Assembly: GCF_009914755.1 (NCBI RefSeq)
Contig: NC_060925.1
Reading direction: 5' to 3' (one strand)
DNA: 64,000 nt
Source: the human T2T-CHM13v2.0 reference genome, Homo sapiens
Part shown: one piece after another, positions 25,985 to 40,450 of the stretch
How the letters are laid out: every line of letters begins with the position of its first letter
How positions within the stretch are numbered: the first letter of the stretch is position 1
Program-made: the position numbers and the translations under genes
Notes under the pieces: generated by a model
Databases searched by the model: none
What the model was told of the DNA's origin: nothing
What the model saw: the letters and a program-made list of their open reading frames with translations, nothing else

Positions 25985-27365
25985 TGGAGCTGGGAAGATT
26001 GGATATCAGTATGCACAACAATGAAACTAGATCCCTATCTTTCACCATCTACAAAAATCGACTCAAAATCGATTAATGACATAAATGTAAGTACTGAAAT
26101 GATAAAAGTACTGGAAAAAATGCTGAAAAACACTCCAAGATATTAGTCTAGATAAAGATTCTACAGCTAAGACTTCCAAAACATATGCAACAAAAATAGA
26201 CAAAAGAGACTATATTAAACTAAAAATCTTCTGCACAGCAAAGGAAACAATCAACAGAGTGAAGAGACAACTTGTTTAATGGGAAAAATATTTGCAAACT
26301 ATCCATCCATCAAGGTATTAATATCTAGAATATACAAGGAACTCAAATAACTCAACAGCAGAAAACCAAATAACCAAATGATTAAAATGTGGACAAAGCA
26401 TCTGAATACACATTTCTCAAAAGAAGACATACAAATAACCAACAAATATATGGAAAAATGCTCAACATCACTAATCATCAGAGAGTGCAAATCAAAACCA
26501 CAGTGAGATACTATCTTACCCCAGTTAGGATGGCTATTACAAAAATAACAAAACAAATAACAAATGCTGGAAAAGATGTAGAGAAAAGAGAACATTTATG
26601 CACTGTTGGTGAGAATGTAGATTAGTAGAGCATTTACGGAAAATAGTGTATGGGTTTCTCAAACTAAAAATAGAACTACCATATAATCCAGACATTCCAC
26701 CACTGGGTATTTTTCCAAAGGAAAGGAAGTCAGTATATTAAAGGGATACCTGCATCCCTGTGTTTATTGCAGCACTACTCACAATAGCTAAGATATGAAA
26801 TCAACCTAAAAGTCCATCAACAGATGAGTGAATAAATAAAATGTTATACACAATGGAATACTTTTCAACCATAAAAAGAATGAAATCTTGTCATTCACGG
26901 CAACATGAATACATCTGGAGGACATTATGTTAAGCAAAATATGTCAGGCACAGACAGATAAACACTATATATTCTCACTCACATGTAGGAACTAAAAACA
27001 AATTGAGCTTATGGAAACAGTAGAATTGTGGGTAATAGTGGATGTGAAGGAGAGAGAAAGGGGAGGATGAGGAAAAGTTGATTAACAGATACAAAATTAT
27101 AGTTAGATAGGAGGAATGAGCTCCAGTATTCTGCAGGACTGTAGGGTGAAAGAATATGATCAATGATGAGTTAATGTATATTTTCAAAAGGCTAGAAGAG
27201 AGGATTTTGAATGTTTACAACACAAAGAAATGATACATGTTTGAAGTGATTGATATGCTTACTCTGATTTGATCATTGCACATTGCACACACATATTGAA
27301 ATACCACTCTGTATCCCATAAATATGCACCATTATTAGATGTTAACTGAAAATAAAAGAAAAAAT
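25985..27365 (+). mobile_element. 5'-truncated L1MA (MA4-6-like): ORF2 end plus 3'UTR
   Basis: ORF2 C-terminal peptides (MKLDPYLSP; [16 protein letters not shown]), an L1MA-type 3'UTR and an A tail. Confidence 0.88.
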
Positions 27366-27827
27366 AAGGACATGTTTATATAATAAGTTAAAAATCCTTT
27401 TTATAACCATCAAAAAAAGATTAGTTTAGAATCCCACATTGTGAAATTAAATTTGTGCAGTTTACCAAACAACTAACATATACAAAAAAACAATAAATGC
27501 ATGCTATGTGATCCTTATGTTGACAGTATCTCTTCACTTAAAAACTGCTGAAACTCTTAGCTAGCTCTGGTCAAGGGACATTTTCTCCACATTATTAAAT
27601 CACTTTCTTTTAGATCTGTGATTCTGATTATTATTCTGCAGTATTGCACTTTCTGTGCTCTGTGTATCATACCACAACGTAATGTTTTAGACCATGGACA
27701 GTAGAGTTACACATCCTACCCTTGACTATGGCTCTACCCTCACTTTATAGTTGTGTGACCATAGGTAAGTTGCTAAGCCTCTCCAGGCTTCCGTTTATTT
27801 TCTGTATGATGTAGATGACTATAGTAC

Positions 27828-28267
27828 TATAGTGAGCTGAATGGTAACCTCCAAAGAGTATTCCCTTGTTGTAATTTCTGGAACCTATGAATGTGATCTT
27901 ATTTGGTTACAGGGTCTTTGTAATGTAATTAAATTGAGGATCTCGAGGTAAAATCCTCCCAGATTCTCTAGGTGGATACCAAATTCAATGACAAATGTCT
28001 TTATAAGAAGCGGAAGAGAAGAATATGTGGACAGGAGAGGGGAGTTGATGTGAAGTCAAGAGGCAGAGGTAGGAGTCACGTGGCCACAAACCCAGGACAC
28101 CATGGAATCCCAACAACTGCCGGAAGCTGGAAAAGGCAAGGAGGGTTCTGCCATAGAGCCTCCAGCCCTGCTGGAATCCTGATTTCTGACTACTGGTCTC
28201 CAGAACTGTGAGAAAATAAACCCAATCTATGGGAATTTGTTACAGCAGCCATAGGAAACCGATTACA
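27828..28267 (+). mobile_element. MLT1B/C-like MaLR solo LTR inserted in a MIR
   Basis: ggaacctatgaatgtgatcttatttgg...ccagaactgtgagaaaataaa...gttacagcagccataggaaac. 5-bp TSD agtac/agtat. MIR halves lie at ~27680-27827 and ~28268-28360. Confidence 0.85.
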
Positions 28268-29891
28268 AGTATTCACATTAGAAATCTGTTGTGAGGATGT
28301 AAATCAATTGGTACGATGCCTGGCATTGAGTAAGCACTCAATAAAGTTTAGCTGTTATTGGTACTGGAATGATTGTCTTTTGTAGTGATGTCTGTTGGTT
28401 TTGTGCCTGGTATTGTTTCATCCAACTTCTATAATATCACATTGATTTACCTTTGGGCAAACTAATGATTTTTTAAAACTTAAATGACACACATGCATAC
28501 AAAATGATTGGTACCAATTCATCTAGAAGTACTAAAGTGATTCTACATTTTCTCCTGCCATCAGACTCAGATGTGTCCCATTTCTTGGCCTTTGTTCCGT
28601 GTGGTAGAGTGTACGATAGCCTTTTTTCCTCTTAAGTTATACCAAATACTTATTCATCGACACATACTAGGAGCTATAAAATAATAACTACTCATATTAT
28701 CTCCAGTCTTAATCTCCAGCTAATTTTCAGGCTACATTTCCTCATTGCTTATTGTATTATTGCTACTTGATTGTTTTCAGGTGATTTCACTTCAGCATGA
28801 TTAAAAGAAAACTGTTTCTATTCTTCAAAAGCTCTTTTTTAGACCCCTCCTTCTATGATAATTTTCTTTTTTAATCAGACTCCAAGTCTTAGTCATCTTT
28901 AACTTATTTCTATCTGTCATAACTAATAACCTATTAATGCCATGTACTATTATTCAACATTTCTTAATGTCTTTTTATTGCTCAATACTCAGCCTTGTTT
29001 TGATTTATGATGTTTCAGACTGAGATTACTGAGATAAATATTTAGCTGGATGCAAGATTTTTTCAACACCCTTTATTTAGAATTCAAGCTTCTAAAGATA
29101 AACTTTCTTAAATATTGTTCAAAATGTATATTTTCCTACTAAAAATTACAGTTCTACTTATTTAATCTAACAATAGGAAATTACAAAATAATTGATCCAG
29201 TAGTCATATAGTGAAATACTCATAGTGATTAACAATGTGTTGATGTGCTAAATAAGAAAACAGGATATAAAACTGTAGAAAATATGACATCAATTTTGTT
29301 AAATACAAGTACTCACACTAAAGCTGATGAAATGTGTTCATATGAAAACAGCAATCATATTTAAGTGGTGATATTGGAAGTAATTTTATTTTCCTTTTAT
29401 ATGTTATTTTCTTCTGATTTTTCTTCAATGGGTAGGTAAATCTTTTAAAATTAGATACAGTAAATGTTCTATGTTTAAAATATATATGTAGTGGCTCCTC
29501 ATGCTCTGTAATAAAATTTGTGTCTCCTTGGCTATTCTTCAAGACCTGCAATCTAGCCCAGCTGACCTTATTTCCCACTCTATCCAAGCACAAATCTCTG
29601 TGCTTTAGTCATAGCTGCACTGACCCATAGGTACCCTATGGCCATTCCTGGCCTTGTGCATTCATCGTGTTCCGTTCAATGTGGTCTACCTTGCATCCAA
29701 ATTCCACCCATCTCTTAAGGCCCAGAGATACTCTGTCCAAGATACCATGTCCGTTCATAGTGAGACAGCTGTATTTGTTCTCTCTTTTCCATTAAACATC
29801 TTTGTGTCTTCTTCAGTATTAAATAACTTAGCTCTGAATTCTATCCTGCCTCAATGCCATAAACTACCATTTTGCAAATCATAACACTTTA

Positions 29892-30278
<387 letters not shown>

Positions 30279-31285
30279 CTAGATGAATTCTAAGGACATC
30301 AGAGATGTCTCAAAGAAATATTTAAGCTGTAAATAAGAGAAACCAAACTCAAGCCAGTTTTTTTTAAAAGGGGCATTGTGGCTCAAATAAATGGAAATCT
30401 AGTGGTAGGGCAAGGCTCAAAGTGGCTTTGGCCTGTTTCTCTGAGGATCTCTAGGTTTTACTCTCTTTTCTGTGCTTTATTCTCAGGCGCTCTTGCCTCA
30501 CAGTAGCAAAGTGCTTGCAGTGATTTTAGGGATTATGTCCGCTCAACATACACTGTTCAAAAAATCCCAAGATTCACTCTGATGGGAGAGGATTAGGCCA
30601 CATGACTATCTTATACCAGTATCTGTGGCCAAGGATTGAAGGCACTGGTTGGCTGTCTTGGGTACGTTTCTTCATACCTGAAGTTGGGTCTGTAAGGACT
30701 TCTCTCAACCACATAAATTTCTTACAAAAAGAAGGGGTTTGCAGGGAGGGAGAGGGGATGTTAGGGAGACATGAGGTGCCTATGCTTATAGAAATTCTTT
30801 GATACTAGCTGTTTGAATGACCTGATTCCTGCAAAATTGGTTAATGCCATCAGTTAATCCGTACTTCCAGCCATGAAATACAACCAAAATGTTTCAGTTA
30901 CATTACTAAAGGAAAGCTTAAATGACTGAAATGTTTGATATATCAAAGAAGTATCTAATATATTTTCAGAACATTTCCTTCAACAGGTGTTTCAGAATGA
31001 GACTGACTATACCTAAACATCCATTTGTTAAGCCAATTAACTGCTTTCAGATCACTTCATTGACACATTGCGTATTAAATTATGATGATTTGTAAGCTTT
31101 TATTAACTGTAACCTGACATGTATTAAGAAGCAATCTTGTGCTCAAAACTTTTCCAAAATGATAATCTGCCAGAATTCTATCTTAAAGATTTAATACTTT
31201 TTATTTTAAAAAGGTATCACAGAAATACAAGTAAAAATAATTATCAAAATTATAGTACAAGTTAGAAAACATAGTTTACATTTTA

Positions 31286-31693
<408 letters not shown>

Positions 31694-33749
31694 AAGAAAG
31701 TATTATTAAATTATAAACAAGAATACTCTTCTTGTTGAATTTCTGTTTTCTAATATATAGTCTCTTTAAAATATTATCCTACTATATTATTACAGAATAA
31801 TGTTGTATTTTGGGGTGAAATTTGCATCTTTGCAAGCCACCATACTGTCAAGAAACATTTTGGAGTGAAATATAAAACCTATGAATTTTTACTCTAAAAT
31901 GAGCTCATCAGAAATGTTGTTTCTCAGAAACAATAAAGAGCCCTGTTAACTGAAAAAAACTAAACTCTGTCTTTCAACTTCTGTGCTGCTATCTGTCCTC
32001 CTCTTCTCCTTCCCTGCCCTTGTCCTGCACTAGAACTACACTAGAGACTCTTATTTGATCAGTCACAATTCTTGGTTCAAATCTTCCTTATTTTTTATAC
32101 TAGCCAAGTCCTGAGAGATATGGGTAGATGCCAAATGAAAAGAAGAGGCTGTAGACAGTGCAGCTCCACTGCTTGGCAGGCAGGAGACCCCATGAGTATA
32201 TACCAGTCCCAAAAACATGGCAAGACAATTGTTCAGTTCTTATTCTGGATCGTAGAGACAATTTGGCCAACCAGTTCCTCTTTTAGATTTCAAAAGCCCT
32301 CAAGATTGATTAAATCCAACTTATACACAGCTATTATCATCTGTAACCCAGGAATGTAGAGGGAAATTCTGCAGTAGGAGTACAAGTCTGAGAATGTAGA
32401 GAAATTTTCATGGACTAAGGTACTGGGTTTGTTGGGGACCAGGGAGAGAAAACATCAAGTGGGGAGAGTTCTTAAGAAAGAGAGGAAAAAGAAGCATTAG
32501 CAAAGGGAGAGGAATTAAGCCAAACATTTAATAACTAATCACAAGTAACTTTTCTGGTAAGAAAATAGAAGAGTTCTGCCTTTTATAGGGTAGAGCCAAA
32601 AATCTCCTATACATGTGAGTGAGGCTATTATCATTTTACTTGCTGTGCTGTGGAGAAGTGATTTGGGTTTGGAGAGTAAGGACATAGTAGAGGTCCTCAT
32701 TCAGAGTGATACTTTGTAACCTCTATGGTGAAAAAGGACAAATTTCCCCATAGCTTGTTATAATAAAAGGGATTCAGAAGCAGCTGTGCCCTCCTAGGCC
32801 CTGGAATGAAAGGGTCTGCTAGAAAGCACTGGAGCAAGTCTGATCAGCCCACCTGAATGCAGGGAGGCTCCTGGGGCTGAGGCCGGGAGGGGAGAGAACG
32901 CGGAAAGAGGAGGCTTTTTGAAGTGCGGGAGAAAAATAAAGAATATAGAATTCTGGTTGCAGTAGGAAAACAAAGGAAAACAGATACAATAGCTGAGGGT
33001 AAATAAGAGGTTGTACCAAGAGAGCAGCAGGAAGAAGATGGCTCATGAAGATAGAGAGCACTTCATGAGAGGGAGCTTTGTCTGAATCCCAGGATGAAAA
33101 GCCAAGAGGAGGAAAAGCATCATAGAACTGAATGGAGGGAAAAGCAAAGGAAAATGAGAACAATAGGCCTTCTGTAGACGGGACCTAGGCCCAGGACAGA
33201 CAGAGGGAGGGCCATCTAGCCAGAGCCAAGGCTAAAGCTTCACACCTAAGAAGTAAGAAAGGAAACGAGCCTTCGAAGAATTCAACATAAAATTTTACAA
33301 AATTGGAGCCAGTACAGCTTAAAGTAGAAATATATTTTGATACTTTACTATATAGCCACTAGAGATGCAGCATATGAAACTCGGAAAGCAGAAAAACATG
33401 GTCTTCATTTAATATGAATCAAAAGGCTGAATATAAGGAGTAAAATTTATTTTAGACCCAGGTCCTGGATTTAGGATTTATAAGTGGCCAAAAATAAAAG
33501 ATGCCTTCTGGACAAGATTATCATCAGAATAAAGATTTTCAAACTGTGCATATGTAAGGCATTTAAAGGATAACAGAATGGGTATTCTAACTTCTAGCAT
33601 ATGTCAAACACTGAATCTTACCAACTGTAGGAAGCAGGCAGGAAGCTCCTCCGGTGGTTGCCAGTTTTCCAAACAAGAAAAAGGAAATCACAAGGTCACA
33701 TAACAAATGAGGCAATTTAGGCGATGTTCTTTGGAATTATGCACACTTA

Positions 33750-33940
33750 TGTTTGAGTCCCTGTTTTAAAGTTGCTAGTTCTGTGACATTGAACGAATTA
33801 TCTAATCTCTCTGGACTTTAGCTTTGTCACCTCAAAAATGGGAAGAATGGTACTTTTCTATATGATTGCTATGAAGATTGAAAAATGTGTATAAAGAACT
33901 TACTAAAGTGTAGGATTATACTATTGTTGCTTTATAAATA
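33750..33940 (+). mobile_element. MIR relic
   Basis: ctgtgacattgaacgaattatctaatctctctggactttagctttgtcacctcaaaaatggg. Confidence 0.65.
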
Positions 33941-34466
33941 TTGTTGAAAATGTGGAGTCAGACTAGGACCTGGAACTTCAGATTCCTACTCCAGGTTCTT
34001 TCAACCAAACTCTGCAGCTCAATATGAGACACAGATTGAAAACATGCTTATGGTTATGATAAAAAGATGAAAGAAGATCAGAAAGAAAATGTAGGAAATA
34101 GTTTTATAAAAGATACGAGAAGGTGTTTCAACTGAGACACAGGAAAAGATGATAGGAATAGTCCTAAAAATAACCAAAATGTGATCTGTGGATTTAAATA
34201 TTTCCAAATGTATGAAATAGGATTGATCACTACTTATTTACATATGTATGTTAAAAGTACAATTCTATAATCATTACAAATTACTCAACCGATTTCGTGT
34301 TTGTGTTTATTAAGACAAGCCAAAAGGTGTATGTTGTGGGGAGTGGTGGGGAACTTATGCAAAATGCATCATGAGTGTTACAAACAGACAATGAAATTTT
34401 GCCCAGGTTGCCAAATTTTTAATAACAAAACAATTGGAAGACAATTACTATTTAAAATGTGAGCAG

Positions 34467-34670
34467 TTATTACAATGTAAATATAGGTTTTCTATATTTA
34501 CATTGTATATTTATTACAATGTAAATATAGCCTATATTTACATTGTATATTTATTACAATGTAAATATAGCCTATATTTACATTGTATATTTATTACAAT
34601 GTAAATATAGGCTATATTTACATTGTATATTCTATATTTACATAATATATTCTATATTTACATTGCATAG
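34467..34670. repeat. 40-bp palindromic minisatellite
   Basis: Unit tacaatgtaaatatag-[c/g]-ctatatttacattgta-tatttat, giving four palindromes followed by two 20-bp half units. Confidence 0.95.
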
Positions 34671-35083
34671 ACCTCTACTTATAAGAAATTTAATAATATC
34701 CATTTTATTTTAACACTCAGAATACTTGTAGCACCCATCATTCTTTTGATTCTTCTCAACCTTCTGGACAAACATTCTCAAAACTTGCTTTTAAATTCCT
34801 AATCTAAGCATCCCTAATTCATCTTTTTAGTTACGTCTGTAGTGAGACATAAAAGACAAGACAACCACCAACATCCCTGGTATCCCAGATCATATAAATC
34901 ACAGTTGAAAACTCAAAGCCAAGTTTGTGATTCATTAGATGTGCACAGAAACATCCAAGTTACTAGTTTCTTTGGAATTTACTAGAGGTTTTAAGGAAAT
35001 GCTTAAGCTGAGCTATTGCACACACACCAAAGAAACTCAATATTTCAAGCTTTTGAAAAAGACATTGTGTTTCAAAGTGAAAT

Positions 35084-37033
35084 TGTTATGGGATCCTTGG
35101 GGGTATTGCTTTTCTGGTCAGAAACCTCTGTGGATGGTGGCACCTTCACCCAAATTTTGCTTGGGCCCACTGGGCTTACTTGTTTTGGCAGGCTGTGCTT
35201 GGCTCACACTACTGTCCTGGATCCCATGCCTCTGAAGAGGCTAGAGCAGAGCAGCAAGGGTATCCGAGCGAGTGAGCATGGGGTCCGGCCACTGCGCACA
35301 GTCAGACACGGCTGCTGCAGTGAGGCGGGCAGCTCTAGGTGCCACCATAGGTGCTGGCTCATTGCAAGGCTACAGCAGGACCAGGCGCACCGCAAGCAGC
35401 ATCCATGGCTGGCACTGTGGAATGTGGTGATGCCTGGATGCTTGGAGACTCCAGGAACCACAGAGCCCCAAAGGGGGAGTCACAGCCCTGGCTTGGGGAG
35501 CTCCCAGGTCTAGGCCCCTGAAGGGCCGCAGCACTTCTCTCCTTCTTGTTGCCCACAGATGTGGTGAGCAAGGGGCGTGTTTCAGCCCTGTTTGTGTTAT
35601 AGCTCTTTTACCCTGCCATTCGGCAGGTCCCAAGTTCTTGTCCTGTACCCAGGAAGAGTGAGGTACAGCAGACAAGTGGTGGGTGAGCAAGATGAAGAGG
35701 AACTTTATTGATCAATAGAACAGCTCAGAGGAGACCCACAGTGGGCAGCTCCTCTCCATAGCCAGGGTGTCCTGACAAGTGTTTGGCTCTCAGCAGAGAG
35801 GGTTGCTCCTCTCTACTAGGCAGGTCATCCAACAAGAGTCCAGCTCTCAGCAGAGAGGTTAGTTTCTCTTTGCAGCTGGTCAGCCAATTGTCTCCCCATT
35901 GTCTCCCTATTGACTCTCCATCCTCTGCTTGAGCCTGGCTGAGTCTGGGGATTTGTGGACCTCAGAGGGGAGGAAGTACATGCCCATGGGCAGCCATGGG
36001 CAGACCCAGGGAAAAGGACCACAAGTTCCCCTCCTGGTCTCTGAAGACTGGTGCCCTGGACCCCAGGCTTCAGGCCCTCCCTGGTTTGAAGGTGGGGCTT
36101 CACTGGGGACCAACCCCCTTCTGCCCAGGAGCCTATCTGCCTCCTGCTCCTGTTTATGGCGCCCAGGCTGTTCATGCCAAGGGGTGCCTGCAGGCCAGCA
36201 ACATGCTGTTCTCAACACCCCCTTGGCCTCCTTCCTGTGCTTGTTGTCGGCCAAAGTCTGGAGCGGGTTGAGGTGGCAATGAGCTGGCATATCAGTGTAG
36301 CCCCTAGCATGTGCATACCCAATCAGGCAGCAACAGTGCCTGCGCTACCCCCGAGTTTGCTTTGCTCTGAGATTGAAGCCAGCCTCAACAGCTGAGGAAG
36401 CCAGGCAGCAGGAGCAGGCACTTTTGAGCCTCTACAGGGTTAGGGGTGGGAGACTTCCTGGTTCCCAAGTGCACAGAGATGCCTGGGTCTGGAGCCAGCA
36501 TGGCGGCTGTAGCTGCGCTGGGGAGCTCCCGCCCTGCGAACTTGGAAGCGGCAGAGCTACCGGCTCCATGGAGCCTGCAGCCCCAGCCGTGCCTCCTTGC
36601 TGCCTGGGGCAGGGGCTCCATGTCCTCGCTGGTCCCTTCTCTGCCTGTTCCTCTGTGCCAGACCAAGCTGCTGTCCCGCCGGTGGGTGGCTCGGCCCAGC
36701 CCCAACATGGCAGCTCTCAGGGCAGCAGGATCTCAGGGGTGACCTCCGGTGACTGTCTACCTCCTCCCTGCACCCTCCCCACAGCAGTGGCAGGCAAGAG
36801 TGGTGTCATGGGGCCAGGGTCCAAAGAGGCAGAGGCTCCGGTTCTGGGAGAGGGTCCCCCTGGCCACACGAGGGTTGGGATGGCGCAGGTGGATGCCTCA
36901 GGGACAGAGGGCACAGGGGTTCCAGTGCTGCCACTGCTGCTCTCACACCTGGTCCTGCTGCCACGGCCTACGCCTCCCCACTGCAGTCGGTGTGATGGCA
37001 GTGGCCACTTTGAATGGCCCGCCGCTGCCATAA
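35084..37033 (-). mobile_element. MER52-family ERV1 solo LTR (~1.95 kb, possibly MER52D)
   Basis: GC-rich block beginning tgttatgggatccttgggg, the reverse of the recalled MER52 3' end ccccaaggatcccgtaaca. Contains ctctcagcagagagg repeats and a minus-strand AATAAA at ~35703-35708. Flanks aaat/agat. Confidence 0.88.
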
Positions 37034-38544
37034 AGATGTACTGGTAAAAGAAAACTTCCTATGATTTGGTTCCTGTAGAAATGCTAACAATGAGGTTCAC
37101 AGTGAAAGGCTAAGATTTATTCTTTTTACCAATGGGAAAAAGGGGCCCATTTAATGGATAAGGGTAGTGAACCAAAGGAAGAGAGATGGTAAACAAAGTG
37201 AAAGATTTCTTCTTCTCTAACATTAATGTCTTAAAAACTTAGAAACTTGGCAGAAATCTATAGAAGATGAGCAAATTACTGATAAAAAAAGGATGGTATT
37301 AGAAATACATAACCCAGAAATCAGAAGTCTTGCTCATTTTTTCATGATACCAGAGAATAGTGATAGAGAATGCGATGCTGTAAAATATGAAGATAGAAAA
37401 CATTCTAAAAAGGAGGAAAGTTGACCATAAAGAACAAAATAAATATGAATAGCTGCTGAAATGATTGATAGTGTGGATGGATTTAAAACACTCAATGTAT
37501 AAATTGTATTAAAAATAGTAAAATGAGATAAGCTTTTGTAAGACAAGGTTAAGGTGACATATGGAGATAAAAAATTTGAACAAGGATAAAAGCACAGCTT
37601 TCAGACATCCTTAAGTATTTGTGGTGGTCGGTTTATAGGATTAAAGCTGACAGATTAGGAAAGAGAAGTTGTGAATAATGTCTTTAGAACGTTGCTCCAG
37701 AGAGAGAAAAGGTGCTCAGAGAGAGGAAAGAATGTGGGTTAATGCCACATGAAAGCCTGGAGAAGCCAATGCATTAACAGCAGACTGGTCTGGAAGTAAG
37801 GACCATGGTGGGATTGATGGAGTGGGAATGTTCTCTGGTCCAAAGTTCTCACTTTAGATTCTATGCACTTTTAAGCACCTATGCGGAAAATTTTGGTTTC
37901 TTGTTTCAGTGACAAGTAAATAGGGAAAGGTGAAATAATTCATCCAATTGATAAAGACTATAGTACTTATAAAAGATGATATAGAGAATTTAAAATTGGA
38001 TGTCGATGACATGACAAAATATTAGTTTTCAGTTTTCAATTGGATCTTGTTTATAAAATTTTTACCAAAAAGAGCTAACAAAATGACATGGCCTAACCTA
38101 GACATTTATTCTGTTTTCTGGTTTTACATACCTCCCATCCCTTTTATTAGCAAATTCCTCCTTAACCTTTGAGGTCTGCTCAATTGCTACCTTCCTGGAG
38201 ATGCCTTTCCCCTCTTGCTGCCGTGTCTCCACCTCTCCACTGCTGCAGCACTGCATCCACAGCGTTCCTATACTTCCATCATATTGTGGTACCATTTTCC
38301 ATTCCCATGCTGGTTTCACATTTGATGAAGAATTTTTCAAGATAGGTAGACATGTTGTATTTTCTTGTTTATGTTTTTAATTCCAGCTCCTAGACTGGGT
38401 TCTAATTATCGTTGGTGTTTAATACTTGTTAACTGAATGAATAATTGTAAGAGAAATCATGAGCTTTGTGAAGAAGAATGCTTAAGAGATATTTATTTTA
38501 TTTGCGGTTAGACAACTAAGGATGAGTCATACCAAATCAGCTTT

Positions 38545-38821
38545 TTTTTATGTTTTAATTTTTTTTTTTTTTTTTAAGCCATGGTCTTGCTCTTGCTCAG
38601 GCTGCAGTGCAGGTTTGACCTCCTGGGTTCAAGTGATCCTTCCACCTAAGCCTCCCTAGTACTACAGGTGTAGGCCACTGAGCCCAGCTTATTTTTTATT
38701 TTTTGCAGGGATGGCATCTCACCATGTTGCCCAGGCTGATCTTGGACTCCTGTACTCAAGCAATCTCCCTGCCTTGGCCTCCCAAACTGCTGGGATTACA
38801 AGCATGAGCCACCATGCCCAG
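38545..38821 (-). mobile_element. AluJ-like with small internal deletions
   Basis: ttgcccaggctgatcttggactcctgtactcaagcaatc. TSD ccaa[a/g]tcagcttt at 38532-38544 and 38825-38837. Confidence 0.9.
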
Positions 38822-39216
38822 AGTCCAAGTCAGCTTTGACAACCCCAGCTGCTGGCATAGGCACAGGAATTTTCCGTGATCCAGAGCAGCCAAGGTAGAA
38901 TCTGGAGCTTTTGTAACTATGGCATCTTAGCATCTGTGGAATACATGAGTCCTGATAGGGGTTGTTAACTCCTAGTGGGCGTAGGTGAATCTTTGGGTAT
39001 AAAGTACGTCCTGGGGCAACTATATGCCTCTGAGTATGGCTTTTCTTTAGTTCTCAAAATATGTGACAGTTCAATTCCTCGACACTTATTCTGGTTTCTG
39101 GTTACAATTTTGTTTTTTATTTGTCCCAAAATTACTCTAAGCCCTGGACTGTCTGCCTTGTGTTTGCTCTGAGCCCTAGACTGTCTGCTTTGTCTTTGTT
39201 GCCTCTTCACTGTGTC

Positions 39217-39237
39217 CACATACATACACATGCATAC

Positions 39238-39286
<49 letters not shown>

Positions 39287-39287
39287 A
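39217..39287. repeat. (TACACA)n microsatellite
   Basis: Hexamer run seen directly. It explains the YVYV ORF at 38965-39285. Confidence 0.92.
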
Positions 39288-39399
39288 ATGAGTTACTGCT
39301 TTATTCAGTCCTCACAGACAGAGCCCTGGGAGCATGACAGCTAGTGCCCAGAATCTCCAGCTGCCACCCTCCACTGAGCAGATTAGATTTTCAGAATCT

Positions 39400-40450
39400 A
39401 ACTTCTCATCATGACCTCTGCTACTGCTGGTACCCTCATCCTTGCTGCCACCATCATCTCTTGCCGATAGCCTCCCAAGATTTCTACCAATAACTGTCCT
39501 TATCATGCTTTAGTTTATTTTCAATAGAGCAAAGTGATCCTTTGAACACTGAAATCAGACCATTTCACTCTTCTACTTAGATCGGATGACTCATCAGTTT
39601 ATTCAGTGTGAAAGCCAAATTTCCTACCATGGGCTACATGCTGTAGTTTTATTTTTGAATGTCTCTCCTGCTAATCTCCCACTTCTCACTCTACTTCTAC
39701 TTTTCTGACCTGTTTCTGTTCCTCAATCACACTAGGCATGCTCCCGCCTCAGGGCCTTTGCTTAAGTTGTTTCCTCTTCCTGAAAGCTCTTGTGTAGGCA
39801 TGAGGGAGCTTAGAAGAATCCCAAATCTTCATGGCACATAAAAACAAAGATTTATATTTTGCCAAAGTTTCACCACCAATAGCTTTCCAAATTGTGCTAG
39901 GATTGTACCCAGGCCAAAGGATGAGCCCTTATCTGGACATTAAAAATCTAGTGGCAGATAAAAAGGAAATGTGGGAAAACATGAAAGAATGTGGCTCTTA
40001 AAGCTTCTTGGAAATGGATACATCATCCCAATCACATTTCTTTAGCTAAAAAAGTTGTGGGCAGGAATTTATGTCAATTGGTCAGGAATTTATAATCTCA
40101 AAAAGAGAGGCATGATATGTTTTAGACAAAATTGCAATCTATCATATGCCAAAAATCGCCTTGACCTCCTCTTCTTCAAGTTTTGCATGAATGTCACCTA
40201 CACAATGAGGCCAACCATACTGAATAATACATCCTGCTCTACAACTTCTAGGAATTCTCATAACATTCATCACCTTCTAACTTGAAAATATAACTTAGTT
40301 TTTTACATTTTTTAAAACCTTGTCTTGTCTTCCTGCTAGAATATAAACTCAATGAGGTGAGGGATCTGGGACTGTTTTCCACTGTTGTATCTCAAGTAAC
40401 TATGATCAAATACCTGGCAATATCTGTGGAATTAGTAAAGGAATAGATTT
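39400..40450 (+). mobile_element. L2a-like relic, probably interrupted by an old MLT1-type LTR (~39800-40130)
   Basis: catgctcccgcctcagggcctttgc and cctgctagaatataaactcaatgagg are L2 motifs. Confidence 0.55.

Noticed and set aside
32819-33163. 114-aa minus-strand ORF over a purine-rich tract
   Set aside because: It is a compositional artefact (F/S/L/P-rich) with no splice or homology support.
34467-34670. CRISPR-like palindromic repeat array
   Set aside because: The spacers are identical 7-mers, there are no cas genes and the DNA is primate, so this is a minisatellite.
35016-37047. Dense cluster of overlapping ORFs up to 224 aa
   Set aside because: All lie within or overlap the GC-rich MER52 LTR, where stop codons are scarce, and show no recognisable domain.
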